The position numbers and the translations under genes were made by a program. Shown piece after piece: positions 39,609 through 49,957 of a stretch of 64,000 bases of DNA. Origin of the DNA: Candidatus Omnitrophota bacterium (GTDB taxonomy: Bacteria > Omnitrophota > Gorgyraeia > Duberdicusellales > 4484-171); the NCBI GenBank assembly GCA_003154195.1, contig PMCS01000008.1, positions 15,366-79,365 on the forward strand. The letters run 5' to 3'. The stretch's first letter is position 1. The number at the start of each line of letters is the position of its first letter. The notes under the pieces are model-generated. The model saw nothing but the letters and a program-made list of their open reading frames with translations. It was not told where the DNA came from and did no database searches.

Positions 39609-41280
39609 AGGCGCTCCGGCCGTCTAAATACTTCACGCACTTTTGAGCTATCTGTTTAAAAAGCGACGCCGCGACTACGCCGCCAAAATGCGATTTTTGC
39701 GGTTCGTCGATAGTAATCCCCATCGCTAACGGTACAGTTGAATAGTCAATAAATCCCACGAAATTAGCCCGGTAGCGGGAAGGCGAATACCGGCCGAGTT
39801 GAAAATCAAATTTCTGCGCGGTGCCGGTTTTACCGCCAATCCTTATCCCGTCGACTGCCGCCAACTTGCCCGTGCCGTCCGCAACCACAGAAATAAGTAT
39901 ATCCTTGGCTTTTTCGACAGTCGAAGGCGGCAAGACGTACTCTTTGACAGATTCGCTGTCTTTATAAATATTTTGTCCGGAAATGCTCTTTAACAGGTGC
40001 GGCTTTACCAGATAACCGCCGTTAGCTACAACCGCTATAGCTCTTACCAGCTGAAGGATATTAACTCCCACTTCCTGGCCGATAGGGACCATGTAAGGCG
40101 TAGTCTTAGACCAGCGTTCAAGAGGCTTAACACTGCCATCCTCTTCGCCGGGTAAATCGATGCCGGTTTTTTCCCCAAACCTTAATTTTTTTATATAGCT
40201 GTAAATAAACTCTTTCCCGACGCCGTTGGCGATCTTGCCCACCCCGATATTGCTGGATTTCTTAAAAACTTCCCGGAAAGACAAAGTGCCGTAAGGTTTC
40301 CAATCATGCAGCGTCGCTCCGGGTATTTTAAACAATCCATTTTCGCAAAAAAAGGTATCTGTTTCGCCATATCGCTTCGTGTCTAAAGCCGCAATCAGGG
40401 TAACGATTTTGAACACCGAACCGGGCTCAAACATATCGCATACCGCCCTGTTTTTTAGATACTTAGCCGATGCCGCATCGATGCTGTTGGGATCAAAGGC
40501 GGGATAATTAGCCAGGCTGAGAATCTCCCCGGTGGTCGCGTCCATAACCACAACGCTTCCGGCCGACGCGGCGAATTTCCTGACCGTTTCGGCCAGATAA
40601 TTTTCCACCCAATACTGAAGCTGGGCGTCAATCGTCAAAACTATATCCGACCCCTCCTGGGGAGTAATCACCTGAGGGCTGACGATAATCTCCCGGCAAT
40701 GAGAATCCTGCAGCACCCTGACTATGCCGTTTTTACCGCGGAGATAATTGTCGTAAAAAACTTCCATCCCCTCTAAGCCCTTATTGTCTACGTCGACAAT
40801 CCCTAAAACTGAAGATGCCAACATTTCCTGAGGATAGAAACGTTTTTCTTCGCGGATGAATCCTATGCCCTTTAAATTTATTTTTTTTATCCGTTCCTTG
40901 TCGAACCAGGAAACCTTCCTTTTTATCCAGACAAATCTCCCCTTTTTATTTTTAGCGAGCTTGCGATAAATTTCGCCGGCCGGCAAAGAAAGGTTAGCGG
41001 CTAAAATCCCGGCGGTCTTCCCGGCATCTTTTACCATAACGGGATCGGCAAAAACAGAATAACTGTTCATGCCGGTGGCGAGCACTTTTCCCGTACGGTC
41101 AAAAATATCCCCCCGCCTGCCCTCTAAAGGCACCAGCCGATAATATTGCCGGGAAGCGAGATTTTTTAAAAAAGGGTTTTGTAAAATCTGCAGGTAAAAA
41201 ATTCTTATTCCGATGACGACAAAAAGGAGGGCAAAAAAAGAATAGACAAGATTGATGCGCAGGTTATCTTTGTTTTCCAT
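39559..41280 (-). CDS. ftsI: Peptidoglycan D,D-transpeptidase FtsI (PBP3)
   Basis: N-terminal transmembrane helix, a PBP dimerisation domain, and transpeptidase motifs SVFK, SSN and KTGT. Confidence 0.85.
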   Translation of the reverse strand: MENKDNLRINLVYSFFALLFVVIGIRIFYLQILQNPFLKNLASRQYYRLVPLEGRRGDIFDRTGKVLATGMNSYSVFADPVMVKDAGKTAGILAANLSLPAGEIYRKLAKNKKGRFVWIKRKVSWFDKERIKKINLKGIGFIREEKRFYPQEMLASSVLGIVDVDNKGLEGMEVFYDNYLRGKNGIVRVLQDSHCREIIVSPQVITPQEGSDIVLTIDAQLQYWVENYLAETVRKFAASAGSVVVMDATTGEILSLANYPAFDPNSIDAASAKYLKNRAVCDMFEPGSVFKIVTLIAALDTKRYGETDTFFCENGLFKIPGATLHDWKPYGTLSFREVFKKSSNIGVGKIANGVGKEFIYSYIKKLRFGEKTGIDLPGEEDGSVKPLERWSKTTPYMVPIGQEVGVNILQLVRAIAVVANGGYLVKPHLLKSISGQNIYKDSESVKEYVLPPSTVEKAKDILISVVADGTGKLAAVDGIRIGGKTGTAQKFDFQLGRYSPSRYRANFVGFIDYSTVPLAMGITIDEPQKSHFGGVVAASLFKQIAQKCVKYLDGRSAFAKNEVKKDFSVVVAE

Positions 41281-41425
41281 TTTTTATATCCCATCCTATG
41301 CCTACCAGCGAATACGCTGCCTCGGCAAAACCTGGGATCGCACTCAAAATATTTCGCAATAATTGCGAAATATTTTGTCAATACCCGGGAAAATTCATTT
41401 AAAGCATTTTCCCGGTTAGAAATAT

Positions 41426-41794
41426 TTATTTTTTCTCCTGGGCCATGGCCGTAGCCGAAGCGGTAGGGATACCCAGGAAACGGCTTAGCGCTATAGAAAA
41501 CCCTCTACCGGCCACTGCAGGCGCCTCTTTCTTCAGATTAAGAGCTAATACATTATTTTTCCCCACAAGAGAAAATTTATTATCTTCCGCCCATTGGCTT
41601 AATTTGGCTACCGATACTTTTTTGTTGAAATTATAAGTAAGGTAATCCCTTTTATCGGCAAGATTATTGTAGACAGAATAATTTTTACTTAAATTGTAGG
41701 CCTCCACGTAAATCTGCACCTTTTGATGAAGGCGAAGGAAGAGCGCCGCAAAAATAATGGCTACCAGCATCGGCGGTAAGATTTTTTTCATCAT
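41426..41794 (-). CDS. ftsL: Cell division protein FtsL-like
   Basis: 122 aa bitopic protein between rsmH and ftsI. Confidence 0.5.
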   Translation of the reverse strand: MMKKILPPMLVAIIFAALFLRLHQKVQIYVEAYNLSKNYSVYNNLADKRDYLTYNFNKKVSVAKLSQWAEDNKFSLVGKNNVLALNLKKEAPAVAGRGFSIALSRFLGIPTASATAMAQEKK

Positions 41795-42708
41795 ATCTTT
41801 TCCCCCACCCTTAATTTAGCGGAACGGGAAGGCGTATTCTCTTCTATTTCTTTATCCTGCGGCTCAACCGGCTTTTTTGTTATGACCTTGATGATTCCCC
41901 GGCTTGCGGATTCTTTGAATGTTTGTTTGACGATCCGATCTTCCAACGAATGAAAAGAAATAACGCCGATTCTCCCGCCTTTAGCCAGCAAGGAAATCCC
42001 CTTTTGCACTCCGGCGTCTAAAGATTCAAGTTCTCGGTTCACGGCAATACGCAAAGCTTGAAAAATTCTTGTCGCCGGATGAATCCGGTATTTGAAACTC
42101 CTGACGGGAACGACCGCGCCGACGAGCCGGGCTAGTTGAATCGTTGTGGATATCGGCTCCCTGCTTCTCGCCTCAACGATGGAACGAGCAATCCGACGAG
42201 AGTAATGTTCCTCGCCAAATTTAAAAAAAACGCTGGTAAGTTCTTCTTCGCTTAAATTATTGACCAGATCGTATGCGCTGACGAAAGAATCTCTATCCAT
42301 GCGCATATCTAAAGGCCCTTCCTGCAGAAAACTGAAACCGCGCTCGTTTTTAGTTAGTTGGTAAGCCGAGATGCCTAAATCAAAGAATATCGCATCGGCT
42401 TCGTTTACGCCTGAATTCTTAAGCGCTTCATCTAAATGAGAAAAATCGCTTTTTACCAGGCGCAATTTCTGCGAAAAGCTTTTCAATCGTTCGCCGGCCA
42501 TGCTCAGCGATTCTTCATCCTTGTCAATTCCCACATAAAGGGATAAATTTTTTGCCGCTTCCAGGAAACAGCAGGCATGACCGCCTAAGCCAAGAGTACA
42601 ATCGACAATAACCCTTGCCTCCTCGATCCTTAAAAGTTCCCGGGCCTCTCGATACATCACCGGATAATGTTTTATTTCATCCATAACGCAACTTTCCATA
42701 AAAGTCAT
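41791..42708 (-). CDS. rsmH: 16S rRNA (cytosine1402-N4)-methyltransferase
   Basis: VDCTLGLGGH and SFHSLEDRIVK. Confidence 0.9.
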   Translation of the reverse strand: MTFMESCVMDEIKHYPVMYREARELLRIEEARVIVDCTLGLGGHACCFLEAAKNLSLYVGIDKDEESLSMAGERLKSFSQKLRLVKSDFSHLDEALKNSGVNEADAIFFDLGISAYQLTKNERGFSFLQEGPLDMRMDRDSFVSAYDLVNNLSEEELTSVFFKFGEEHYSRRIARSIVEARSREPISTTIQLARLVGAVVPVRSFKYRIHPATRIFQALRIAVNRELESLDAGVQKGISLLAKGGRIGVISFHSLEDRIVKQTFKESASRGIIKVITKKPVEPQDKEIEENTPSRSAKLRVGEKI

Positions 42709-42777
42709 TTTTACATCTCTTCTTTGTGTCCTGGTACCTTGGTAGCTAAATTTTCTAAATCAACCGCTAAATTTCTT

Positions 42778-43209
42778 TTAAAATAGATTCTCCGCTACCT
42801 GCTCAAATTTCGGCCGGTTATCCTGATAGAATTTCGACCAGGTATCTTTATCCCAGATCTCAATCCGGTCCGATATGCCGATAATAATTATATCTTTTTT
42901 GATATGCGCGTATTCTTTCAAATATTGCGGCACAATCACGCGGCCCTGGACATCGATCTCAAATTCCTGAGCGCCGCTGAAAAATAAACGGTTGAAAGAA
43001 CGCGATTGTTGTTTCGTGAAAGAAATGTTCTTAAGAGATTCCTCTATTTTTATCCACGCGTTTTTATGAAAAATAAAAAGGCATTCCTCCAGCCCCCGCG
43101 TCATATAAAAACTTTTCTCATCGAGAGTTTTTATTTTATCGCGGAATTTCGCGGGAAGAATGAACCTCTCTTTGTCGTCAAGCGTATGGGAATATTCGCC
43201 ATACCACAT
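42778..43209 (-). CDS. mraZ: Transcriptional regulator MraZ
   Basis: Two MraZ repeats (DDKERFILPAKFR and EIDVQGRVIVPQYL). Start at MWYGEY, preceded by the SD sequence GGAGGAAAG. Confidence 0.85.
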   Translation of the reverse strand: MWYGEYSHTLDDKERFILPAKFRDKIKTLDEKSFYMTRGLEECLFIFHKNAWIKIEESLKNISFTKQQSRSFNRLFFSGAQEFEIDVQGRVIVPQYLKEYAHIKKDIIIIGISDRIEIWDKDTWSKFYQDNRPKFEQVAENLF

Positions 43210-43237
43210 TCCACTTTCCTCCACTTTGTTCCACAAA

Positions 43238-43269
43238 CTAAATATAATACGACTGTATAATATTGTCAA
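43238..43269 (-). promoter_or_regulatory. Candidate sigma70-type promoter of the dcw operon
   Basis: The minus strand reads TTGACA, a 17-bp spacer, then TATATT. This lies about 30 nt upstream of the mraZ SD sequence and ATG. Confidence 0.45.
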
Positions 43270-43361
43270 GGAATTTTGTTAAATAAAATAGGGGGGATAC
43301 TACCGATTGGGGTGGCGGGATAATAAAATACTACATTTTGAGATAAAAACAGAAAAAATTT

Positions 43362-44285
43362 TCAAAACTCGGCCTTTTTGAATTTTCTTTCAATATAGCC
43401 GACATCTTTGGCAATCGCTTCTTTAAGCGCGGCGAGAGAAGAAAATCTCTTTTCTTCCCGTATCTTCTGGAAAAAATATACCTTGATTTGTTTCCCCAGA
43501 ATATTCCCGTGAAAATTAAGAAGGTGGGCTTCGATGATTATTTTTTTTGCCGTGGTGACGGTAGGATTTGTCCCGATGTTAACCACGCACAAATATTTTC
43601 TTTTATTAAATTCCGCGGCGGCGGCATAAACGCCGCTCGCAGGGATAACATAAGCGCCCGTGAAAACATTTGCCGTGGGAAAACCTAATTTTCTACCGAT
43701 GCCCCTGCCCTTAATGACGATCCCTTTTAAAGAATAGTTTCTTCCTAAAAGAACGTCGGCACCGGCAAAATCGCTGCGTTTTATCAAATGCCGGATAAGC
43801 GAACTGCTGATTACCCGGCCCTTATTTTTCATTTTCTTTATGACCAGAAAGTCAAAATTATGCTCCCGGGCAAAACCGCGCAGGCAATTTACGTTATTTT
43901 GCGCGCCGGCGCCGAAACGGAAATCCTCCCCCACAATTATTTTTTTAATATCAAAATATTTTAGGATATAAACGATAAACTCTTTCCCGGAAAGCCGGAA
44001 GAGATTCCTCCGTGATTTTAAAAACCAGATGTTAGCGATACCTAAAGATTCGACGATATTTTTTTTATCTTCGCAATCACAGAGACAACCGCCGAAAGGT
44101 TTGTTTAAAATAATACGGGGAGATTTGTCGAAAGTAATCAGCAGGCTGGCTGCCTTTAATCGGGCTGCCTCTGCCTTTACTTTTCTCAGGATAAATTGAT
44201 GCCCGCGGTGTATCCCATCAAAAACGCCGATGGTAGCAACGCATGGCACCCGTCTATAAGGCAGCTTTTTGTAAACAACTCTCAT
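43362..44285 (-). CDS. ribF: Bifunctional riboflavin kinase / FMN adenylyltransferase
   Basis: GVFDGIHRGHQ adenylyltransferase motif and a C-terminal riboflavin kinase domain. Confidence 0.9.
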   Translation of the reverse strand: MRVVYKKLPYRRVPCVATIGVFDGIHRGHQFILRKVKAEAARLKAASLLITFDKSPRIILNKPFGGCLCDCEDKKNIVESLGIANIWFLKSRRNLFRLSGKEFIVYILKYFDIKKIIVGEDFRFGAGAQNNVNCLRGFAREHNFDFLVIKKMKNKGRVISSSLIRHLIKRSDFAGADVLLGRNYSLKGIVIKGRGIGRKLGFPTANVFTGAYVIPASGVYAAAAEFNKRKYLCVVNIGTNPTVTTAKKIIIEAHLLNFHGNILGKQIKVYFFQKIREEKRFSSLAALKEAIAKDVGYIERKFKKAEF

Positions 44286-44925
44286 CTATGTTTTCAGGAT
44301 TAAACGCGTCGCTAAGTTTGAAATGGCCGACGCTTAAGCGCTTTATATGGATCATATGCGCGCCGCAACCCAGGACATCACCGATATCTTCAGCAAGCTT
44401 GCGAATATAAGTACCCTTGGAACAACGCACGTAAAATTCAACCAACGGCGGGTCTATTTTTAAAATTTCTATCGCGTAGATTTTAATTCTGCGAGGGTCT
44501 CTCTCGATAGTTATACCCTTACGGGCCAAGTCGTATAAACGTTTGCCTTTAACTCTTAAGGCGCTGACCATGGGAGGTATCTGGTCTATTTCGCCCACAA
44601 AAGAAGCAAAAACTTCCCTGATTTTTTCTTCGGTTACACCGCCAAACCCGCTGGAACGCAGAACTTTGCCTTGCGAATCTCCGGTAGAAGTAACCTCGCC
44701 TAATTTCAAAATACCCACATATTCTTTATCGAAATGAACGAATTTGGAAAATAGTTTAGTGGAACTGCCTACCAGAATAATCAAAAGGCCTTCGGCTAAA
44801 GGATCGAGGGTACCGGCATGTCCCACGCGCTTAATCGCTAATTTCCTGCGCACGATATCAACAACATCATGGCTGGTAATACCCTGGGGCTTATTGACTA
44901 AGATGATCCCTTCTTTATTAACCAT
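44254..44925 (-). CDS. truB: tRNA pseudouridine(55) synthase
   Basis: GHAGTLDPLAEG catalytic motif. Confidence 0.9.
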   Translation of the reverse strand: MVNKEGIILVNKPQGITSHDVVDIVRRKLAIKRVGHAGTLDPLAEGLLIILVGSSTKLFSKFVHFDKEYVGILKLGEVTSTGDSQGKVLRSSGFGGVTEEKIREVFASFVGEIDQIPPMVSALRVKGKRLYDLARKGITIERDPRRIKIYAIEILKIDPPLVEFYVRCSKGTYIRKLAEDIGDVLGCGAHMIHIKRLSVGHFKLSDAFNPENIDESCLQKAAL

Positions 44926-44982
44926 GCAAACCTGTAATTATTTGAGTAGCCGGGGATTACCTGCTTTCAAATATTCTCCCTA

Positions 44983-45088
44983 TCATTTTAAATTGAACAT
45001 TGAACATTTGCCAATGATCATTGAAAGAATTAATTATTTTTCTCTTCTTCCATTTTAAAATGATAATTAATCAATGCTAAATTTAAAA
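44983..45088. repeat. Core AT-rich hairpin repeat, copy 2
   Basis: tcattttaaattgaacattgaacatttg...cattttaaaatgataattaatcaatgctaaatttaaaat. Confidence 0.75.
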
Positions 45089-45113
45089 TTAACCTGGCTA
45101 TCTGAGGGTTTAG

Positions 45114-46082
45114 CTATTTCTTCTTATACCCATTTTTGTAAATATAGGCGTGTTTTTTTACAAAAGAAATGACTTTATCTTCTATCGCCTTAAGATTGCC
45201 CTCGACGGTAGTACCGCTGGCCCGTCGATGCCCGCCGCCGCCGAAAAATTTGGCGATTTTGTTGACATCGACGTACTCGCGGGAACGGAAATTAACTCTT
45301 ACTTTATTGGCGCTGATTTGTTTAAAAATCATAAATACTTCAACACCCTTCAACAACCGCATGATGGAAAAAATAATCTCGGTGAGGTCAAAACCTTTGT
45401 CCTCCCATTTGTCGGCGGCAACCCAGCAAATTTTACGCGACATATCAAGTTTCAAGCTCGCCATAAGGCCGGTAATAAGTTTTAAATCATGGATCTCGCA
45501 GGCGCTATGGATATTCTCGAATACCCTGTTGGGTTTGATATTATGCTTCATTAAATCAGCGATAATTTTATGCACCCGGGAATCGGCGCTGCTGAAGGTA
45601 AAATTTCCCGTATCGGTAGCGATGCCGGTATAAAGGCATAACGCTATCTCGTCATCCATCACGCCGAATTGCCGGCAAAGCTCATAAAGCAACTGGCAAG
45701 CGGAACTGGCCTGCGGCGCAATCCAATTTATATCGCCGAAGTAAGTATTACTGATGTGATGGTCGATGTTGACAATGCAATCGGCGCAACCCAGGGAATC
45801 CTTGACCTTCCCCGTGCGGGAAGAATCGGAACAGTCTAAAACTATTACCGTGTCAAAACGCTCTTTCCTGAAGGTATTTTTTATCATCCGGCTGGAAGGA
45901 AGAAATTTATAGATATCGGGAACCGCGTCGTTAAGGTAAAGCACAGCTCTCTTTTTAAGCTTCTTAAGGAGAGCGTACATAGCCAATGCCGAGCCGAGAG
46001 CGTCGCCTTCGACATTCATATGCGTAGTAATAAGAAAACTCCGGCTTGATTTTATTTTATTTATTATCTTCTTTATTATCAT
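45114..46082 (-). CDS. DHH/DHHA1 phosphoesterase (NrnA-like oligoribonuclease/pAp phosphatase)
   Basis: HMNVEGDALGS, DHH and C-terminal GGGH (DHHA1). Start taken at MIIKKI. Confidence 0.75.
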   Translation of the reverse strand: MIIKKIINKIKSSRSFLITTHMNVEGDALGSALAMYALLKKLKKRAVLYLNDAVPDIYKFLPSSRMIKNTFRKERFDTVIVLDCSDSSRTGKVKDSLGCADCIVNIDHHISNTYFGDINWIAPQASSACQLLYELCRQFGVMDDEIALCLYTGIATDTGNFTFSSADSRVHKIIADLMKHNIKPNRVFENIHSACEIHDLKLITGLMASLKLDMSRKICWVAADKWEDKGFDLTEIIFSIMRLLKGVEVFMIFKQISANKVRVNFRSREYVDVNKIAKFFGGGGHRRASGTTVEGNLKAIEDKVISFVKKHAYIYKNGYKKK

Positions 46083-46446
46083 CTTCCTGCTTCCGCTCCT
46101 CCGCGCGGCGCGCGTCTTCGCTGCGCACCTCATCTATCTTTTTGCAAATATCCACGCTATATTTTATCGAATCGTCGGGTATAAACTTAAGCTGCGGGAC
46201 AATGCGTAAACTTATCTTCTTAGCCATACTTGCCCTTAAGAAACCATTCATTTTCCTCAGTATCTCGCTTACTTTTTTATAATTATTGTCATTAAGCAGG
46301 CTGAAAAAAACTTTGCTTTCCTGTAAATCGCCGGTTGTCTCCACCCGCGTTATCGATAAAAGTGTAGCCGCCGGGTCATCAACCTGCGACTGGATTACTT
46401 CCATAAGCGCTTTCTGTATCTGGCTGTTTATTTTTTCTATTCTCAT
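46057..46446 (-). CDS. rbfA: Ribosome-binding factor A
   Basis: RbfA KH-like fold sequence with an acidic/basic tail. Confidence 0.8.
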   Translation of the reverse strand: MRIEKINSQIQKALMEVIQSQVDDPAATLLSITRVETTGDLQESKVFFSLLNDNNYKKVSEILRKMNGFLRASMAKKISLRIVPQLKFIPDDSIKYSVDICKKIDEVRSEDARRAEERKQEDDNKEDNK

Positions 46447-46482
46447 ATTTTTCGCTGCGCAAAAAATAAATGTAATTATAGC

Positions 46483-47784
46483 TCAAACTGGCTGCTTTAG
46501 CAACAGTTTATGAAAAATATGTTTTGCTTCTTTTAATTCCTCGCCTTTTGTTGCGAGTTTCTTCTCGATCTTGGCATCCAGGAGGCCTTCCAGAACTTTA
46601 CCGTATAAAACCAAAGGCTGGAAACCAAGCGCTTTTAAATCGCTGCCCTTAACTTTAAGGCGGATGTGAATAAGTTTTCCCAAAAACAACTCGATTTGCC
46701 GTCGGATTGTTTTTCCCGAATAGTAAGCGTAAAAAAACAAAATCGTTTCCAGGCTGAGCGGGAATAATTTTCGATACAGGTCCCGCGGTTTAACGTTTTT
46801 GTCCAAACACGATATTCCCGCCAGGCTGTCTTTCGCCGACAATACCCTTATCCGGTCCCCTTTACGAAAATCGAATTCCTGGACAAATTTTGCGATTTCC
46901 TCCCGCTTCAAACCAATCATCAAACCGATAAGATAAATCAGCCAAGCGTCTACCTTCCTAAGCCCGCCGAATTTTTTGCCGTAAACGCCAATCGTTTTTT
47001 CAACGCGACACAGTAATCCGTAAATACGTTTATTGACTTTTAAACTTTTGTTGATAAAAAGAAAACCGGTAAGCGCGCCGATTCTTTTAACATTGCGGCA
47101 GGGTTTCGGCTCTTTTAAAATAAGGACTAACTCATCGCGTAAACGATGGGCGTGGACACAGCGCAACGCTTCCTGCGCCGCGGCCTCTTTGATTAAGCCG
47201 AGCGTTTTCTTTTCAATTTTGAAAGAAAACCTCTGTTCGAACCTTACGGCGCGCAAGATTCTTGTCGGGTCATCAGAAAAACTCCGGTTATGTAATACCC
47301 GGATCAATTTTTGTTTAAGGTCGCGCGAGCCGGAATAAAAATCGATCAACTTCGCGTAATCGTTTTTATTCAGGCTTATTGCCATGGCATTTATCGTAAA
47401 ATCGCGGCGAAACAGATCATCCCGCAAATCGGACGGTTCAACCGCAGGTAAAACTCCCGGCCGCGAATAATATTCTTTTCTCGCGGTAGCAAAATCTATT
47501 TTATGATTATCGAAAAAGACCGTCGCTGTCCCAAAAGCATGATGCCGCGTGAATTTAGCGCTATACCTTTGCGCCAGGGCTTGCGCCAAAGCAGCGGCAT
47601 CGCCCTCTACGACAATATCCAAGTCAAGATTCGTCCTGCCCAATAATAAATCACGCACAATCCCGCCGACCAAGTATACTCTTACCCCTTGGGGTTCGGC
47701 AAGGGACGATATGACATCCAGGATGTTCTTTAATTCTTTCGGCAATTTTTTGAGTTTGGTAATCATGTTTTTGTCAAAAATCAA
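46483..47784 (-). CDS. cca: CCA tRNA nucleotidyltransferase / poly(A) polymerase family
   Basis: Pol-beta NT motif YLVGGIVRDLLLGR...DLDIVV. Confidence 0.8.
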   Translation of the reverse strand: MIFDKNMITKLKKLPKELKNILDVISSLAEPQGVRVYLVGGIVRDLLLGRTNLDLDIVVEGDAAALAQALAQRYSAKFTRHHAFGTATVFFDNHKIDFATARKEYYSRPGVLPAVEPSDLRDDLFRRDFTINAMAISLNKNDYAKLIDFYSGSRDLKQKLIRVLHNRSFSDDPTRILRAVRFEQRFSFKIEKKTLGLIKEAAAQEALRCVHAHRLRDELVLILKEPKPCRNVKRIGALTGFLFINKSLKVNKRIYGLLCRVEKTIGVYGKKFGGLRKVDAWLIYLIGLMIGLKREEIAKFVQEFDFRKGDRIRVLSAKDSLAGISCLDKNVKPRDLYRKLFPLSLETILFFYAYYSGKTIRRQIELFLGKLIHIRLKVKGSDLKALGFQPLVLYGKVLEGLLDAKIEKKLATKGEELKEAKHIFHKLLLKQPV

Positions 47785-47799
47785 ATATCATTATAGAGT

Positions 47800-47878
47800 C
47801 ATAGTGTCATCACATCAAAGCGTCAAAGTTTAATCCCTCTAAAACACTCTGACACTATGACGCTCTGACGCTTTGCCT
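47800..47878. repeat. Intergenic word-palindrome (catagtgtc / gacgctctgacgcttt family)
   Basis: gagtcatagtgtcatcacatcaaagcgtcaaag ... ctctgacactatgacgctctgacgctttgcc. Confidence 0.7.
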
Positions 47879-48765
47879 CACTTTGCCCTCGGATGATACA
47901 ACGTATGTATCTGTTTTAATCTCGCCTGATTTATATGCGTATAGATTTGCGTTGTGGTAATACTGACGTGGCCCAGCATCTCCTGGACGCTGCGTAAATC
48001 AGCGCCATGTTCCAATAAATGCGTAGCGAAGGAATGCCGTAGAGTGTGCGGCGTAGCGTGTTTTTTTATCCCTGCCGCCCGCACGCACTTTTTTATCATT
48101 TTCCAGATACTTTGCCGGGTAATGCTCCTGGCTCCCTGGGCGAGAAAAAGAGTATCCATAGTTTTACCTTTAAGGAGTTTCGGCCTCGCTTCCGCGATGT
48201 ATCTGCTTAAAAAATGAGACGCGGTCTTGCCTAAAGGGACAATCCGTTCCTTAGAACCTTTTCCTTTGCATTTAACGAATCCGACATCCAGATTAAGGTC
48301 ATTAACCCTGAGCGACGCCGCTTCCGAGATGCGCAGGCCTGACGCGTACATTATTTCCAGAATCGCTTTATCGCGCAGCCCCTGGGCGCTGTTTAAGTTG
48401 ACTTGCTTAAGGAGGCGGTTGATTTCTTCAGAAGTCAAGAAAGAAGGAATCTTCTTATCCAGCTTCAGCGATTCCATTAAATCGGTAGGGTCGTTCGCCA
48501 CGGCCTTTTCCCTCAGTAAAAACCGATGAAAACTTTTTACCGTAGACATAACACGAGAAATACTGACCACCGCCATTTTGCCGCGTAAAAGAAATAAAAA
48601 ATCGCCTACATCTTTACGGCTGATTTGAGAAAGGCTGTCGATATTCTTCGACTTAAGATATTTGAAATATTTTCCCAAATCCTGGGCATAGGCGTCGAGA
48701 GAGTTTTTCGCCAACCCTTTCTCTACCGTTAGATAATCGATAAATGCCTGCAGGTAAATATCCAT
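47878..48765 (-). CDS. Tyrosine site-specific recombinase XerC/XerD
   Basis: Catalytic R...HxxR...Y region HATPHTLRHSFATHLLEHGADLRSVQEMLGHVSITTTQIYTH. Confidence 0.85.
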   Translation of the reverse strand: MDIYLQAFIDYLTVEKGLAKNSLDAYAQDLGKYFKYLKSKNIDSLSQISRKDVGDFLFLLRGKMAVVSISRVMSTVKSFHRFLLREKAVANDPTDLMESLKLDKKIPSFLTSEEINRLLKQVNLNSAQGLRDKAILEIMYASGLRISEAASLRVNDLNLDVGFVKCKGKGSKERIVPLGKTASHFLSRYIAEARPKLLKGKTMDTLFLAQGARSITRQSIWKMIKKCVRAAGIKKHATPHTLRHSFATHLLEHGADLRSVQEMLGHVSITTTQIYTHINQARLKQIHTLYHPRAK

Positions 48766-48770
48766 AAATT

Positions 48771-48900
48771 AAGGGTATCGGGATATTGGGACATCGGGAT
48801 CTGGGTATTGGGGGACTGGGATATCGGGCATTTCCTAATTCCCCAATTTCCCAATCTCCCAATCTCCAAATCCTAATCCCCTGATATCCTAAATATCCTG
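48771..48900. repeat. Intergenic word-palindrome (gggatattggg / cccaatctccc words)
   Basis: gggtatcgggatattgggacatcgggatctgggtattggggg ... ccccaatttcccaatctcccaatctccaaatcc. Confidence 0.7.
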
Positions 48901-49512
48901 AAGAAACTGATTACTCTCTTTTTCTCTCCCCACCGTTGTCTTCGGGCCATGGCCGGGATAGACAACTGTATCGGGAGGCAAAACCATGATCTTCTGCTTG
49001 ATGGCTTTAATAAGGCTGTCGTGCGAACCGTAAGGCAAATCGGTCCTGCCCACCGAATCAAAAAATAACGTATCGCCGCTGAAGAGCCAATTATTTAGTT
49101 TTATACAAATCCCGCCGGGGGTATGGCCGGGGGTATGGATAATATTCAACACCGACGCCTGGAATGACAGCGAAGAACCGTCCTCAAGCGCCTTAGCCTC
49201 TTTTTTTATCGTAATCGGCCGGGAAAAAAATTCCGAACCGTTCAAGCCGGCATCATCAAGGCAAGGCTTATCGTCGACGTGAATATAAACCGGGCAATCA
49301 AAATTATCCAAACCGGCGATATGGTCGAAATGGCCGTGGGTCAGAATAATAAAATCCAAAGAAAGTTTTTCTTTTACGATAAATTCCTTGATTTTTTCGC
49401 TTCCGTCAGGCGTATCAATCAGAAAAGCTTTCTTCGCCTTTTCATCAATTATAAGGTAAGCATTCGTCCCCAACGCGCCAAGAGTGAATTTTTTTAATGT
49501 CAGCTCATCCAT
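48889..49512 (-). CDS. MBL-fold metallo-hydrolase
   Basis: HxHxDH motif ILTHGHFDHIAG. Confidence 0.7.
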   Translation of the reverse strand: MDELTLKKFTLGALGTNAYLIIDEKAKKAFLIDTPDGSEKIKEFIVKEKLSLDFIILTHGHFDHIAGLDNFDCPVYIHVDDKPCLDDAGLNGSEFFSRPITIKKEAKALEDGSSLSFQASVLNIIHTPGHTPGGICIKLNNWLFSGDTLFFDSVGRTDLPYGSHDSLIKAIKQKIMVLPPDTVVYPGHGPKTTVGREKESNQFLQDI

Positions 49513-49522
49513 CTGTTTACTA

Positions 49523-49957
49523 TTACCGATTTTTTCCGGTGATTCTTTCTGTTGCCATAATATTATTTTTTGCCGCCTGGATAAGACGCTGGGCGCCGTC
49601 TTTGGAGAATTTGCGTTTGTAGTCAGCTAGCTCGCGTAAATTCATCCCCTGCATAAAATTATCATAATATTCTCCGGGTAATTCCTTACTTTCGCCATAC
49701 AAAGCTAAAATCGCCCGGCCTAAATAAATGTGGCTTTTCTCGCGAAACTTTTTGGCATAAAGAAGCGCGCGCGCCGCGTGAAACATAGCATAGTAAGCTT
49801 GCACCGTCGCCCACTTGTATCTTTCCTCGTCAAATGAATGCTGGGCATCGGCTAAATCTTCCCTGGCGGTTTCCAATTCTTTCGCCACAAGCCTGGGGCC
49901 GTCGGAAAAAGAAACGATTCTCCCCTTTTCGATAGCTTCCCTGAGATTATTCTTCAT
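49523..49957 (-). CDS. HEPN-domain protein (toxin partner of MNT)
   Basis: 144 aa helical protein. C-terminal LRELADYKRK fits the HEPN R-x4-6-[HY] motif. Overlaps the upstream MNT gene by 11 bp. Confidence 0.65.
   Translation of the reverse strand: MKNNLREAIEKGRIVSFSDGPRLVAKELETAREDLADAQHSFDEERYKWATVQAYYAMFHAARALLYAKKFREKSHIYLGRAILALYGESKELPGEYYDNFMQGMNLRELADYKRKFSKDGAQRLIQAAKNNIMATERITGKNR

Noticed and set aside
48771-48900. Tandem word repeats (gggatattggg..., gagccggtt...) as CRISPR arrays
   Set aside because: The units are 8-11 bp, irregularly spaced and arranged as two reverse-complementary halves. There are no 25-40 bp repeats with unique spacers and no cas genes.
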